Shown here piece after piece: positions 12,165 through 24,659 of a stretch of DNA of 64,000 nucleotides. This DNA comes from Squalus acanthias (lineage: Eukaryota): NCBI GenBank assembly GCA_030390025.1, contig CM059431.1:102240001-102304000 (forward strand), in the 5' to 3' direction. The notes beneath the pieces are model-generated. The model ran no database searches. It worked only from the letters and a program-made list of their open reading frames with translations, and had not been told where the DNA came from. The first letter of the stretch is position 1, and every line of letters starts with the position of its first letter. The translations under genes were made by a program, and so were the position numbers.

Positions 12165-14533
12165 AGACCGAATGATAAATCTAGTGACGATCTTGCCAGC
12201 CAGTGGAGTACTTTGTCTCTTCAGCTTGCAAGAGCCAGAAAGCAACCCAGCTGCCCAGTGAGTGGAATTCTGCGTTTTCTGATGTGCAGCACTTCTGTCT
12301 ACATTACTCTGGCAACGTGTCAAACCCACAACCCTCGCATGGACTTGACATACAAATCAGCCATAAGAACATAAGAAATAGGAGCAGGATGAGGCCATTT
12401 GGCCCCTCGAGCCTGCTCCGCCATTCAATGAGATCATGGCTGATCTGATCTTGGCCTCAACTCCACTTTCCCGCCCGTTCCCCATAACCCTCAACTCCCC
12501 TTTAGCTCAAATGTCTGTCTATCTCCACCTTGAATATAATCACTGACTCAGGTCTCCACAGCTCTCTGGGGTAGAGAATTCCAAAGATTCACGACCCTCT
12601 GAGAGAAGAAATTCTTCCTCATCTCCGTTTTAAATGGGCGACCCCTTATCCTGAAACTATGCCCCCTAGTTCTAGATTCCCCCACGAGGGGAAACATCCT
12701 CTCTGCATCTACCCTGTCAAACCCCCTCAGAATCTTATCTGTTTCAATTAGATCACCTCTCATTCTTCTAAACTAGATTGAGTATAGGCCCAGCCTGCTC
12801 AACCTTTCCTCATAAGACAACCCCTTCATCTCTGGAATCAACCTCGTGAACCTTCTCTGAACTGCCTCCAATGCAAGTATATCCCTCCTTAAATAAGGAG
12901 ACCAAAACTGCACGCAATACTCCAGGTGTGGTCTCACCAACGCCCTGTAAAGTTGTAGCAAGACTTCCCTACTTTTATACTCCATCCCCCTTGCAATGAA
13001 GGCCAACATTCTATTTGCCTTCCTAATTACTTGCTGTATCTGCATGCTAACTTTTTGTGTTTCATGTACGAGGTCACCCAGATCCTTCTGTACCGCAGCA
13101 TTCTGTAGTCTCCCTACATTTAAATAATAATTTGTTTTTTTATTCTTCCTACCAAAGTGGATAACCTCACATTTTCCCACATTATACTCCATCTGCCAAT
13201 TTTTTGCCCACTCACTTAACCTATCTATATCCCTTTGCAGACTTTTTGTGTACTCCTCACAATTTGCTTTCCCACCTATCTTCGTATCATCAGCAAATTT
13301 GGCAATAGTACACTCGGTCCCTTCATCCAAGTCATTAATATAGATTGTAAATAGTTGAGGCCCCAGCACTGATCCCTGCGGCACCCCAATAGTTACAGTT
13401 TGCCAACCTGAAAACTACCCATTTATCCTGACTCTCTGTTTTCTGTTAGTTAGCCAATCCTCTATCCAGTCTAATATATTACCCCCAACACCATGAGCTC
13501 TTATCTTGTGCAGTAACCTTTTATGTGGCACTTTATCGAATGCCTTCTGGAAATCCAAATACACCACATCTACTGGTTCCCCTTTATCCACCCCGCTCGT
13601 TACATCTTCAACGAACTCTTGTAAATTTGTCAAACACGATTACCCTTTAATAAAACCATGCTGACTCTGCTTGATTGTATTATGATTTTCTAAATGTCCT
13701 GCCACTACCTCCTTAATAACGGATTCCTGCATTTTCCCAATGACAGATGTTAGGCTAATCGGCCTATAGTTTCCTGCTTTCTGTCTCCATCCTTTCTTGA
13801 ATAGGGGAGTTACATTTGCGGTTTTCCAATCCGCTGTGACCTTTCCAGAATCCAGGGAATTTTGGTAGATTACAACCAATGCATTCACTATCTCTGCAGC
13901 CACTTCTTTTAAGACCCTAGCCATGATCTGACTGAATGGCAAAAGAACAAGAGGGAATACGAGGAGAATTTTGTTTGTGCAGCGATCTGGAATGCACAGC
14001 CTGAAAGGGCGGTGGAAGCAGATTCAGGAGTAACTTTCCAAAGGGAATTGGATAAATACTCGCAAAGGAAACATTTGCAGGGCTCCGGGGAAAGAGCAGG
14101 GGGGGAGTGGGACTAATTGGAGAGCTCTTTCAAAGAGCCGGCACAGGCACGATGGGCTGAATGGCCTCCCTCTGTGCTGTATGATTTTATGATAGCCACG
14201 TTCTTACCTCTTGCTTTTGCTATCTCCCTTCCTGCCCTGCCCTGCCCTGGGGGAGAGAGTGGGTTATTCGAGCGGATTTCAAAAGTGACACTGCGCTTAA
14301 AAAAAACAGGTATCACTCAGACCGAGTGCGGGAAATGAAGTGCCCTCGTGCCTGGAAAACTGAGGGTTGTGGGTTTGACACGTTGCCAGAGTAATGTAGA
14401 CAGAAGTGCTGCATATCAGAAAACGCAGAATTCCACTCACTGGGCAGCTGGGTTGCTTTCTGGCTCTTGCAAGCTGAAGAGACAAAGTACTCCACTGGCT
14501 GGCAAGATCGTCACTAGATTTATCATTCGGTCT
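12165..14533. repeat. 172-bp inverted duplication of unique DNA (12165-12336 and 14362-14533)
   Basis: The two arms are reverse complements with one mismatch by eye. Confidence 0.9.
12362..13925 (-). mobile_element. CR1 LINE, about 1.55 kb, RT domain with frameshifts
   Basis: Peptides NYRPISLTS, YLDFQKAFDKVPH, PQGSVLGP and KFADDTK split across four ORFs. Confidence 0.95.
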
Positions 14534-14729
14534 TTTAATTTTCTTTGTTTTTCTCACCACCACCACCACCACCTCTCTCAACCCCTCCACTGCCTCTGAT
14601 TTGTCACGCTGATCTTTCAACATCCAGTATTAGATGAGCAGAAATTTCCTCTTAAAAGATCCTTCAAAATCCCCATCCTTGTTTTCAAATCCCTCCACGG
14701 CCTCGCCCCTCCCTATCTTTGTAAACAGA

Positions 14730-15012
14730 TTGGCTGTAAAAGATCCCGCGGCACTATTTCGAAGAAGAGCAGGAGGGGGAGTTCTCCCCGGTGTCCTGGG
14801 GCCAATATTTATCCCTCAACCAACATAACAAAAACAGATTATCTGGTCATTATCACATTGCTGTTTGTGGGATCTTGCTGTGTTGCAGATTGGCTGCTGT
14901 GTTTCCTACATTACAAACAGTGACTACAGTCCAAAAAGTACTTCATTGGCTGTAAAGCGCTTTGGGACGTCCGGTGGTCATGAAAGGCGCTGTAGAAATG
15001 CAAGTCTTCTTT
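14730..15012 (+). mobile_element. DeuSINE 3' part
   Basis: Deu-like core and L2-like tail. Confidence 0.75.
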
Positions 15013-16144
15013 TTAATATTCAAAAATCTATCGATCTCGGTCTTGAATTGACTGGTGCCTATATTTCTGCTGCCCTGCCCCTGCATTACAGGCACTAGCT
15101 GGGAGCAGGAAGGACCAAAGGAAAAACCAGCCCTCGGACAAATCTTCTGATCTCTGCCCGTGGGGTTGTAAAATCCACGGTCAGTTTGAACTGGTTTCAG
15201 GCTGAGAATCTGAAGCGCTGCCAAACCTCGGCTTTATCTTACGAGTGGGAAATCAGTTACATCTGCGACATTCCAGAATTCTTAGCTGTGAGCAGCTGAT
15301 TTTAAAAAGTTCAAGGGGCACATTTCTGGAAGCTTCCACGAGTGTGGGCAGATAGTGGCGCGCGTCTAGAAAAGGCCCCTGGTAAATAATGGGAGGTCAT
15401 TGGGAACTGAAGATCAGAAATGAGTCAGCCCAGTGAGACTACAGGAGCAGAGATTCAGCTATTCCCACATGCGTAAGTTCTAACTTGGTAAATATAATCT
15501 AACCTCCTTTCACCCCAGCAACTCAAATCTGCAACAATAGCAGAATAACCAGTTCTGGAATTCAGTTATATCCTTTAACAAAAACATTCAACAACATTAT
15601 TAATAAGCTACCGAAACGGACATTCCTGGAACATTCCTGTGAATCTATCACAAAGCACCGGAACTTGATCATCATAGAATCCTACAGCACAAGAAGAGGC
15701 CATTCAGCCCATCGTGCCTGTGCCGGCTCTTTGGTCGAGCTCTCCAATTAGTCCCGCTCCCCCCTCCCTGCTCTTACCCATAGCCCTGCAAATGTTTCCC
15801 CATCTCAAGTATCTATCCAATTCCCCTTTTGAAAGTTACTATTGAATCTGCTTCCACCACCCTTTCAGGCAGCGCATTCCAGATCACAACAACTCGCTGC
15901 GTAAAAAAAAAAAAAAATTCTCCTCATTTCCGGCCTGGCAATGTTTCTGAAATGACTGTAATTTAGGGATTAAAAGGAAAAGGACCAGAAGAAAACTGTA
16001 GTTGGAATGTAGGAAGTGTGTGCAAGTGTGGGCACTGGTGTTGTCCACTGACAGCTGGCATCGCAGCAGAGTAAGGGCCGCACAAGCGATCTTTCCGACC
16101 GTACCATATCACCGTGGATCAACAGCAAGTGGTCGTCAGCTATA

Positions 16145-17090
16145 TAGAAACATAGAAGATAGGAGCAGGAGTAGGCCATTCGGCCCCTCTAGCCGGCTCC
16201 GCCATTCAATGAGATCATGGCTGATCATCCAAATTCAGTACCCTGTCCCTGCCTTTTCCCCATATCCCTTGATCCCTTTAGCCTTAAGAAATATATCTAA
16301 CTCCTTCTTGAATATATTTAATGAATTGGCCTCCACTGCCTTCTGTGGTAGAGAATTCCACAGGTTCACCACTCTCTGGGTGAAGAAATTCCTCCTCATC
16401 TCTGTCCTAAATGGCTTACCCCTTATCTTTAGACTCTGACCCCTGGTTCTGGACTCCCCGGCCATCGGGAACATCCTTCCTGCATCTAGTCTGTCTAGTC
16501 CTGTTAGAATTTTATAAGTTTCAATGAGATCCCCTCTCATTCTTCCAAACTCCAGCGAGTATAAGCCCAATCGACCCAATCTCTCCTCATACGTCATTCC
16601 TGCCATCCCAGGTATCAGCCTGGTGAATCTTCGCTGCACTCCCTCCATGGCAAGAACATCCTTCCTCAGATAAGGCGACCAAAACTGCACACAATACTCA
16701 AGGTGTGGTCTCACCAAGGCCCTGTACAACTGCAGCAAGACATCCTTGTTCCTATACTCAAACCCTTTTGCTACGAAGGCCAACATACCATTTGCCTTCT
16801 TAACCGCCTGCTGCACCTGCATGCTTACTTTCAGCGACTGGTGCACAAGGACACCCAGGTCTCGTTGCACTTCCCCTTTTCCCAATCTATTGTCGTTCAG
16901 ATAATAATCTGCCTTCCCGTTTTTGACACCAAAGTGGATAACCTCGCATTTATCCACATTATAATGCATCTGCCATGATTCTGCCCAATCACCCAACCTG
17001 TCCAAATCATACTGGAGTTTTTCGACATCCTCCTCACGGCACACACGCCCACCCAGCTTTGTGTCATCTGCAAACTTGGAGATATTACAT
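16145..17090 (-). mobile_element. CR1 LINE, 5'-truncated, young subfamily
   Basis: Uninterrupted 269-aa ORF2 C-terminus; near-identical to 46768-47413 and 63806-64000. Confidence 0.95.
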
Positions 17091-17386
17091 ATAGGGGAGG
17101 GGGGGGGGGGAGAAGCTATCCGTAAGCAGCAGTCATTGCTGTTTGCGGGAGCTTGCTGTGCCCAAAATGGCTGCCGCGTTTCCTACACTTCAAAAAAAAT
17201 AAAGTACACCATTGGCTGTAAAGCGTCTTTGTGAGGTCGTGATCGGCGCTATATAAATGCAGGTTCTTTCATTCTTCTCCCTGGTACCTCACCCAAAGGT
17301 CCGCTACTCGTGCGAGCGTTAACAATGAGCGACATCAGGGTAGGAGCGAGTTTCAGCTGATCCATCCCATCCTCACCCAATGTCCA

Positions 17387-17391
<5 letters not shown>

Positions 17392-17429
<38 letters not shown>
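17392..17429. repeat. (CA)n microsatellite
   Basis: Visible directly. Confidence 0.95.
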
Positions 17430-17431
<2 letters not shown>

Positions 17432-17741
17432 CCAGTAGGGGATGCTGGACAGCAACCTGCAGTAAGAACTCTGGCACATGAAGTGCCCGCCCCCCACCTT
17501 TAACTGTGTTCTTCCTGCAGCTGTTGATGCTGCCACTGACGGCCAGAGTGCTGTGTGAAAACCATGAAGCTTTACACCGTTTATAGAGTTTAAACAGTGA
17601 AGATTTTTTATTATCTCCCCTGAAAACACTGACTGACACAAGGTCCCAATATTCTGCCCAAGTGGTCACTGTTCATGTGTGAGCCTAGACTGCGAGTGAT
17701 ATTCACCAAAGGGACATCACAGTGGAGTCTTACCCTGCCTC

Positions 17742-18023
17742 AGAGAGAAAGGGAGAGAGAGAGAGAGAGAGACAAAGACAGACAGAGAGAGGCAGAGAGA
17801 CAGACAGACAGAGACAGAGAGAGAGACAGAGAGACAGGGAGAGAGAGAGGGAGGGAAACAGAGAGAGAGGGAGAGAGGGAGGGCGACAGAGAGAGAGAGA
17901 GAGAGAGAGGGAGGGCGACAGAGAGAGAGGGAGAGAGGGAGGGCGGCAGAGAGAGAGAGAGGGAGGGCGGCAGAGAGAGAGAGAGAGAGAGAGAGGGAGG
18001 GCGACAGAGAGAGGGAGGGCGGC

Positions 18024-18055
<32 letters not shown>

Positions 18056-18103
18056 CGACAGAGAGAGGGAGGGCGGCAGAGAGAGAGAGAGAGGGAGGGC
18101 GGC

Positions 18104-18135
<32 letters not shown>

Positions 18136-18219
18136 CGGCAGAGAGAGAGAGAGAGGGAGGGCGACAGAGAGAGAGGGAGAGAGGGAGGGCGGCAGAGAGA
18201 GAGAGAGAGGGAGGGCGGC

Positions 18220-18251
<32 letters not shown>

Positions 18252-19190
18252 CGACAGAGAGAGGGAGGGCGGCAGAGAGAGAGAGAGAGAGAGAGGGAGG
18301 GCGACAGAGAGAGGGAGGGCGGCAGAGAGAGAGAGAGAGGGAGAGAGGGAGGGCGACAGAGAGAGGGAGGGCGGCAGAGAGAGAGAGAGAGAGAGGGAGG
18401 GCGACAGAGAGAGGGAGGGCGGCAGAGAGAGAGAGAGAGGGAGGGCGGCAGAGAGAGAGAGAGAGAGAGAGGGAGGGCGGCAGAGAGAGAGAGAGAGGGA
18501 GGGCGGCAGAGAGAGAGAGAGAGAGGGAGGGCGGCAGAGAGAGAGAGAGAGAGAGAGGGAGGGCGGCAGAGAGAGAGAGAGAGGGAGGGCGGCAGAGAGA
18601 GAGAGAGAGAGAGAGGGAGGGCGGCAGAGAGAGAGAGAGGGAGAGGGAGGGCGGCAGAGAGAGAGAGAGGGAGGGCGGCAGAGAGAGAGGGAGGGCGGCA
18701 GAGAGAGAGGGAGGGCGACAGAGAGAGAGGGAGGGCGACAGAGAGAGAGGGAGGGCGACAGAGAGAGAGAGAGGGCGACAGAGAGAGAGAGAGGGCGACA
18801 GAGAGAGAGAGAGAGGGAGGGCGGCAGAGAGAGAGAGGGCGACAGAGAGAGAGAGAGAGAGGGAGGGCGGCAGAGAGAGAGAGGGCGACAGAGAGAGAGA
18901 GAGAGGGAGGGCGACAGAGAGAGAGGGAGGGCGACAGAGAGAGAGAGAGAGGGAGGGCGACAGAGAGAGAGGGAGGGCGGCAGAGAGAGAGGGAGGGCGG
19001 CAGAGAGAGAGAGAGGGCGACAGAGAGAGAGGGAGGGCGACAGAGAGGGAGGAAGGGCGACAGAGAGAGGGGGAGGGCGAGACAGAGAGAGAGGGAGGGC
19101 GACAGAGAGAGAGGGAGGGCGAGACAGAGAGAGAGGGAGGGCGACAGAGAGAGAGGGAGGGCGACAGAGAGGGCGAGACAGAGAGACAAC
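17742..19190. repeat. (GA)n-based compound satellite
   Basis: Units gggagggcg(g/a)ca followed by (ga)n of variable length over about 1.45 kb. Confidence 0.95.
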
Positions 19191-19459
19191 AGGCAGGCAG
19201 GCAGATTGCCCGAGATCAACAAACTCAGTCTGAACCCCAGTTCAAAGCATAAAAAATAAATTTTAAAGTAGTAGTGATTTTTTTCACCTTACAGTGTGAA
19301 CGATCTAATTTTAATTCTCTCTCTCTCAAAGCCCCAGTCCGAGCCCCTTTTGATTCTGGCTGCTGACTCTCATTCTCTGAGTTGGCTTTGCCTGGCGCCA
19401 AAATAAAAGTTGCTGCGGCAAATGTCTTTGTTACAAATCGTCTGCAACTCCATCGAGTG

Positions 19460-19850
19460 CACAGCACAGCAACAGGCCATTCGGCCCAACTGGTCCGTGC
19501 CAGCGTTAGTGCTCCACACCAGCCTGCTCCCACCCCTGTTACCCTGTCAACATAACCCTCTATTCCTTTCTCCCTCCTGTGTTTATCCAGCTTCCCCTTA
19601 AATGCATCGACGCTATTCGCCTCAACCACTCCCTGTGGTAGCGAGTTCCACATTCTCACTGGTCTCCGAGTGAAGAAGTTTCTCCTGAATTCCCCATTGG
19701 ATTTATTGGTGACTATTGTATATTTACGGCCCCGAGTTTTGGTCTCCCCCACAAGTGGAAACATCTACCCTATCAAAACCCTTCCTACTCTTACAGACCT
19801 CGAGCAGGTCACCCCTCAGCCTTCTCCTTTCTAGAGAAAAGAGCCCCAGT
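19460..19850 (-). mobile_element. CR1 3' fragment
   Basis: Peptide MFPLVGETKTRG..RRNFFT..WNSLPQ. Confidence 0.85.
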
Positions 19851-20099
19851 TAGAAATTACTGCTCCACCACTCCTGATCCATCAGATAGCCTACTCGTGT
19901 CAGAACCAACATTCCAGACTCAAGGAATGCAGGGCTAGCAACACAGTTGCTGGGCGACCAGGAGTCTCACTGTAAGAAACACTTCCAATTTAGTTGGGGG
20001 GGGGGGGGGGTTTAGGTTAAAATAAGCCATGACGGGGGTGGGGGGGGGGGCGGAGTTTGATGTCTGGTGATTTTTGTTGAGTGCAATTTACAATAAGAT

Positions 20100-20950
20100 T
20101 CATCCAAAACTCGGCTGCCCCATGTCCTAACTCGCACCAAGTCCCGTTCACCCATCACCCCTGTGCTCGCTGACCTACATTGGTTCCCGGTCCAGCAAAG
20201 CCTTGATTTTAAAATTACATCGGATATACGGCACAGAAACAGGCCATTCGGCCCAACCAGTCCAAGCTGGCGTTTATGCTCCACTCGAGCCTCCTCCCGT
20301 CTTTCCTCATCTAACTCTATCAGCGTAACCCTCTATTCCCTTCTCCCTCATATGCTTGTCCAGCCTCCCCTTAAATGCATCGATACTATTCGCCTCAACC
20401 ACTCCCTGTGGTAGCGAGTTCCACATTCTCACCACTCTCTGGGTAAAGAAGTTTCTCCTGAATTCCCTATTGGATTTCTTGGTGACTATCTTATATTGAT
20501 GTCCTCTAGTTTGGCTCTTCCCCACAAGTGGAACCACTCTATCAAAACCTTTCATAATTTTAAAGAGCTCTATTAAGTCACCCCTCAGCCTTCTCTTTTC
20601 AAGATAAATATGATCCAGCCTGTTCATCCTTTCCGGATAATTATACCCTCGCATTTCTGGTATCATCCTTGTAAATCTTCTCTGCACCCTCTCCAGGTGC
20701 CTCGATATCCTTTTTATAATATGGCGACCAAAACTGTACGCAGTACTCCAAGTGTGGTCTAACCAAGGTTCGATACAGGTTTAGCATTCTCAGCCGTGTT
20801 CACATCCCTCCATGGCCTCGCCCCTCCCTATCTCTGTAACCTCCTCCAGCCCCACAACCCACCGAGATCTCTGCGCTCCTTCAATTCTGCCCTCTTGCGC
20901 ATCCCCGATTGTCATCCCTCCGCCATTGGCGGCCGTGCCTTCAGCTGCCC
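20100..20950. mobile_element. L2 fragment (plus) split by a CR1 fragment (minus, about 20215-20788)
   Basis: L2 sequence matches 46258-46550 on both sides of CR1 ORF 20307-20687. Confidence 0.8.
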
Positions 20951-21937
20951 GGCATTCTGACCAGAGACTCCTACCAGCCAGCATTGTTACACTATACTGC
21001 CAGACGATGCTACCAAATTTACCAAAGTTAAACCGAAAGGACCACTGTTTCACTTCGTAGGCAGTCAACCATCATACAGGATGACCCGCCCTCCAGGACT
21101 GACCTGGAGTCTCCAGGAATTGGCGGTTAATCTGGAGGCCACGGCTGCGAGCCAAACCCGGGAGAAAAAACATTACGGCATTAAAAAAAGCAGGTGTGGT
21201 TCTCTTTTTTCATTTTCTTTCAACACTTTCGCTTATGAGTTATTAAAATATTGCAGTAGGGGAACAAAGAGTCTGTTGGCTTTCCTGGCGTGGGAGGGCG
21301 GGGCCCACCATGAGGACGGACATGTCGGGCGACCAATGGCAGGCGGGTAGGGGGCGGGGCTGTCGGGCGACCAATGGCAGGAGGGTGGGGAGGGGGGCAG
21401 GGCTGTTGAGCGGCCAATGGCAGGAGGGGGGGCAGTGGAGCGACCAATGGCAAGGGGGGGGGGGGGGGCAGTGGAGAGATCATGTGATGAGACCCCCAGG
21501 AATACGTCTAACCAGAGCGGGCAACCCGACCCTCACAGGCAGCGCAGTATTTTGGCTCACCCGTGGATCTGACATTTTCTGTTAAGAACTTGTTAATAGC
21601 TAACTAGCTTTGGCCTTTAAGTGCTGCACTCGTTAAAGCACAATATTGATTGCTGGCCACATACCCTGGAACTCAAAAATAAAGAGAGTTCTTGCACCTT
21701 TCATGGCCTCAGGACGTCCCAAAGCGCTTTACAGACAGTGAAATACTTTTTGAAGACCAGTCACTGTTGCAATGTAGGGAGATGTGGCCGCCAATTTGCA
21801 AGATCTCACAAAACAAGTCAACGTGAACAATAAGACTACGCCTTTCAATCTTCAACGAGCCCACTATTACTACTTAACCACAGTTCAATTACAGATTCTC
21901 CCATTAGCCAGAAAGCAGACAACATGTGAAGCCTGTT

Positions 21938-22445
21938 GATGCTGCCTGGCCTGCTGAGTTTTTCCAGCATTTTCTGTTGTTATTTCGGATTTCCAGCATC
22001 CGCAGTATTTTGCTATCGTATTAGTATTTGGTCCACTGCCACCCTCACTGTACCTGACGAAGGAGCAGCGCTCCGAAAGCTCGTAATTTCAAATAAAACT
22101 GTTGGACTATAACCTCGTGTTGTGCGACTTCTCATTTTTGACCTCTCTTCTAGGAATGCCCACCTTGAAGAAGTTCTGCTCTTCTCTTCGACGGGACTTC
22201 CGTTTGTCTCTTCAACCTTGTTCATCTTCACCGCTTTCTTTCATCCCCTCCCCCTTTTCCCAGCTTTATACTTGCTTTAAATCTATTTCATTTCCTGCTT
22301 TTTTCCAGTTCTGACGAAAGGTCTTCGACCTGAAACGTTAACTCTGTTTCTCTCTCCACGTATGCTGCCTGGCCTGCTGAGTTTTTCCAGCATTTTCTGT
22401 TGTTATTTCGGATTTCCAGCATCCGCAGTATTTTGCTGTCGTAAC
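21938..22445 (+). mobile_element. Non-coding Penelope-derived element with 82-bp direct terminal repeats and two hammerhead motifs
   Basis: TSD gtgaagcctgtt at 21926-21937 and 22446-22457; repeats 21939-22020 and 22362-22443; hammerhead motifs at 22051-22085 and 22307-22343. Confidence 0.8.
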
Positions 22446-22704
22446 GTGAAGCCTGTTTCCTTGCTTTACAGTCTCACTGACGTCCACTCACTGAGCAAAA
22501 TGTCTCCGACCGTATCCCTCTCGCACTACTTCGAAGTCACCTCCTTTGGGCAAACATTCCCTTGCCACTGACAGCGCACGGTCGAGAGTTAACGCTGTCT
22601 CCTGAAGGCACGCTCAACTGAATTTAAACAGACAGCGTTTCACCCGCAATACTGTATTTTCAAACAGTGTCTGGACAGTAATTATCTATGCATCTGTTTC
22701 CTAT

Positions 22705-24105
22705 AAAGAAAGACTTGCATTTCTATAGCGCCTTTCACGACCTCAGGACATTCCAAAGATCTTTACAGCCAATCAAGTACTTCTGAAGTGTCGTCACTGT
22801 TGTAATGTAGGAAACGCGGCAGGGATAAATAATCGCCAGGAAACTCCCCCCTGCTCTTCTTCGAAATAGTGCCGTGGGATCTTTTACGTCCACCTGAGAG
22901 GGCAGATGGGGCCTCGGTTTAACATCTCATCCGAAAGACGACACCTCCGACAGTGCAGCACTCCCTCAGTACTGCCCCTCCGACAGTGCAGCACTCCCTC
23001 AGTACTGCTCCTCCGACAGTGCGGCACTCCCTCTGCACTGCCCCTCCGAAAGTGCAGCACTCCCTCAGTACTGCCCCTCCGACAGTGCGGCACTCCCTCT
23101 GCACTGCCCCTCCGAAAGTGCAGCACTCCCTCAGTACTGCCCCTCCGACAGTGCGGCACTCCCTCTGCACGGCCCCTCCGACAGTGCAGTGCTCCCTCAA
23201 TACTGCCCCTCCGACAGTGCAGCACTCCCTCAGTACTGCTCCTCCGACAGTGCGGCACTCCCTCTGCACTGCCCCTCCGAAAGTGCAGCACTCCCTCAGT
23301 ACCGCCCCTCCGACAGTGCGGCGCTCACTCAGTACCGCCCCTCCGACAGTACAGCACTCCCCCAGTATTGCCCCTCGGACAGTGCAGCACTCCCTCAGTA
23401 CTGTCCCTCCGACAGTGCAGCGCTCCCTCAGTATTGCCCCTCGGACAGTGCAGCACTCCCTCAGTACTGTCCCTCCGACAGTGCAGCGCTCCCTCTGCAC
23501 TGCCCCTCCGACAGTGCGGCACTCCCTCTGCACGGCCCCTCCGACAGTGCAGTGCTCCCTCAATACTGCCCCTCCGACAGTGCAGCACTCCCTCAGTACT
23601 GCCCCTCCGACAGTGCGGCACTCCCTCTGCACTGCCCCTCCGAAAGTGCAGCACTCCCTCAGTACCGCCCCTCCGACAGTGCGGCGCTCCCTCAGTACCG
23701 CCCCTCCGACAGTGCAGCACTCCCTCAGTATTGCCCCTCGGACAGTGCAGTGCTCCCTCAATACTGCCCCTCCGACAGTGCAGCACTCCCTCAGTATTAC
23801 CCCTCGGACAGTGCAGTGCTCCCTCAATACTGCCCCTCCGACAGTGCAGCGCTCCCTCAGTACTGCTCCTCCGACAGTGCAGCACTCCCTCAGTACTGCC
23901 CCTCCGACATTGTGGCGCTCCCTCAGTACTGCCTCTCCGACAGTGCGACACTCCCTCAATACTGAGCCTCCGACAGTGCGGCGCTCCCTCAGTACTGCCC
24001 CTCCGACAGTGCAGCACTCGCTCAGCACTGCCCCTCCGACAGTACAGCGCTCCCTCAGTGATGCATAGGGAATGCCAGACTACCCACTGAGCCACGGCTG
24101 ACACA
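22705..24105 (-). mobile_element. DeuSINE with a 1.1-kb 33-bp array (about 22945-24060)
   Basis: SINE tail and core on the left, degraded head on the right, array in between. Confidence 0.85.
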
Positions 24106-24659
24106 GGATTATATTGACAGGTAATAAAAGAAGAAAGAAAGGAGGACTTGGATTGAAAATAATACAGGAATATATAGCGTCTTTCATGACCTCAGGACAC
24201 CCCAGGGTGCTTTGCAGCCAATGAAATGCTTTTGAAGTGTAGTCACTACACGTGGGGTGTGTTACTCCATAGGTGCCTGGCGTTTACAAAGGGAAAGCAC
24301 ATTAACAATTATAGATGCATTTAAGAGGATGCCAGATAAACACATGAGGGAGAAAGGAATAGAAGGGTATATTGATAGGGTGAGATGAAGAGGGGCGGGA
24401 GGAGGCTCGTGCGGAGCATAAACACCGGCACCGACCAGTTGGGCCGAATGGCCTGTTTCTGTGCTGCACATTCTATGTAGTCATACATGGTTGATGGAGA
24501 GAGTACAGCATCCAATAATCAGTCTTGTAAGTCACTGTTAACTGGCTAGACTGATGCAGCGGGTATAAATGGGCAGAGGTTTAACTCTGGAAACAGTCAA
24601 TCTGAAGGTACCATTTATCAACAAACAACATGGACATCTCTTTCAACATCACCATATCT

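Noticed and set aside
16235..17044. 269-aa ORF as a host gene
   Set aside because: It is the C-terminus of CR1 ORF2 in a 5'-truncated copy.
17675..19252. ORFs of about 500 aa rich in R/E/G or S/L/P
   Set aside because: Translation of the GA satellite.
22945..24060. 33-bp repeat arrays as CRISPR arrays
   Set aside because: Head-to-tail units without unique spacers, embedded in a SINE, eukaryotic context, no cas genes.
22884..24104. Long ORFs of 258-394 aa (also at 2.1-2.8, 24.6-25.4 and 39.9-41 kb)
   Set aside because: Open in several frames on both strands because the 33-bp unit has no stops; not genes.
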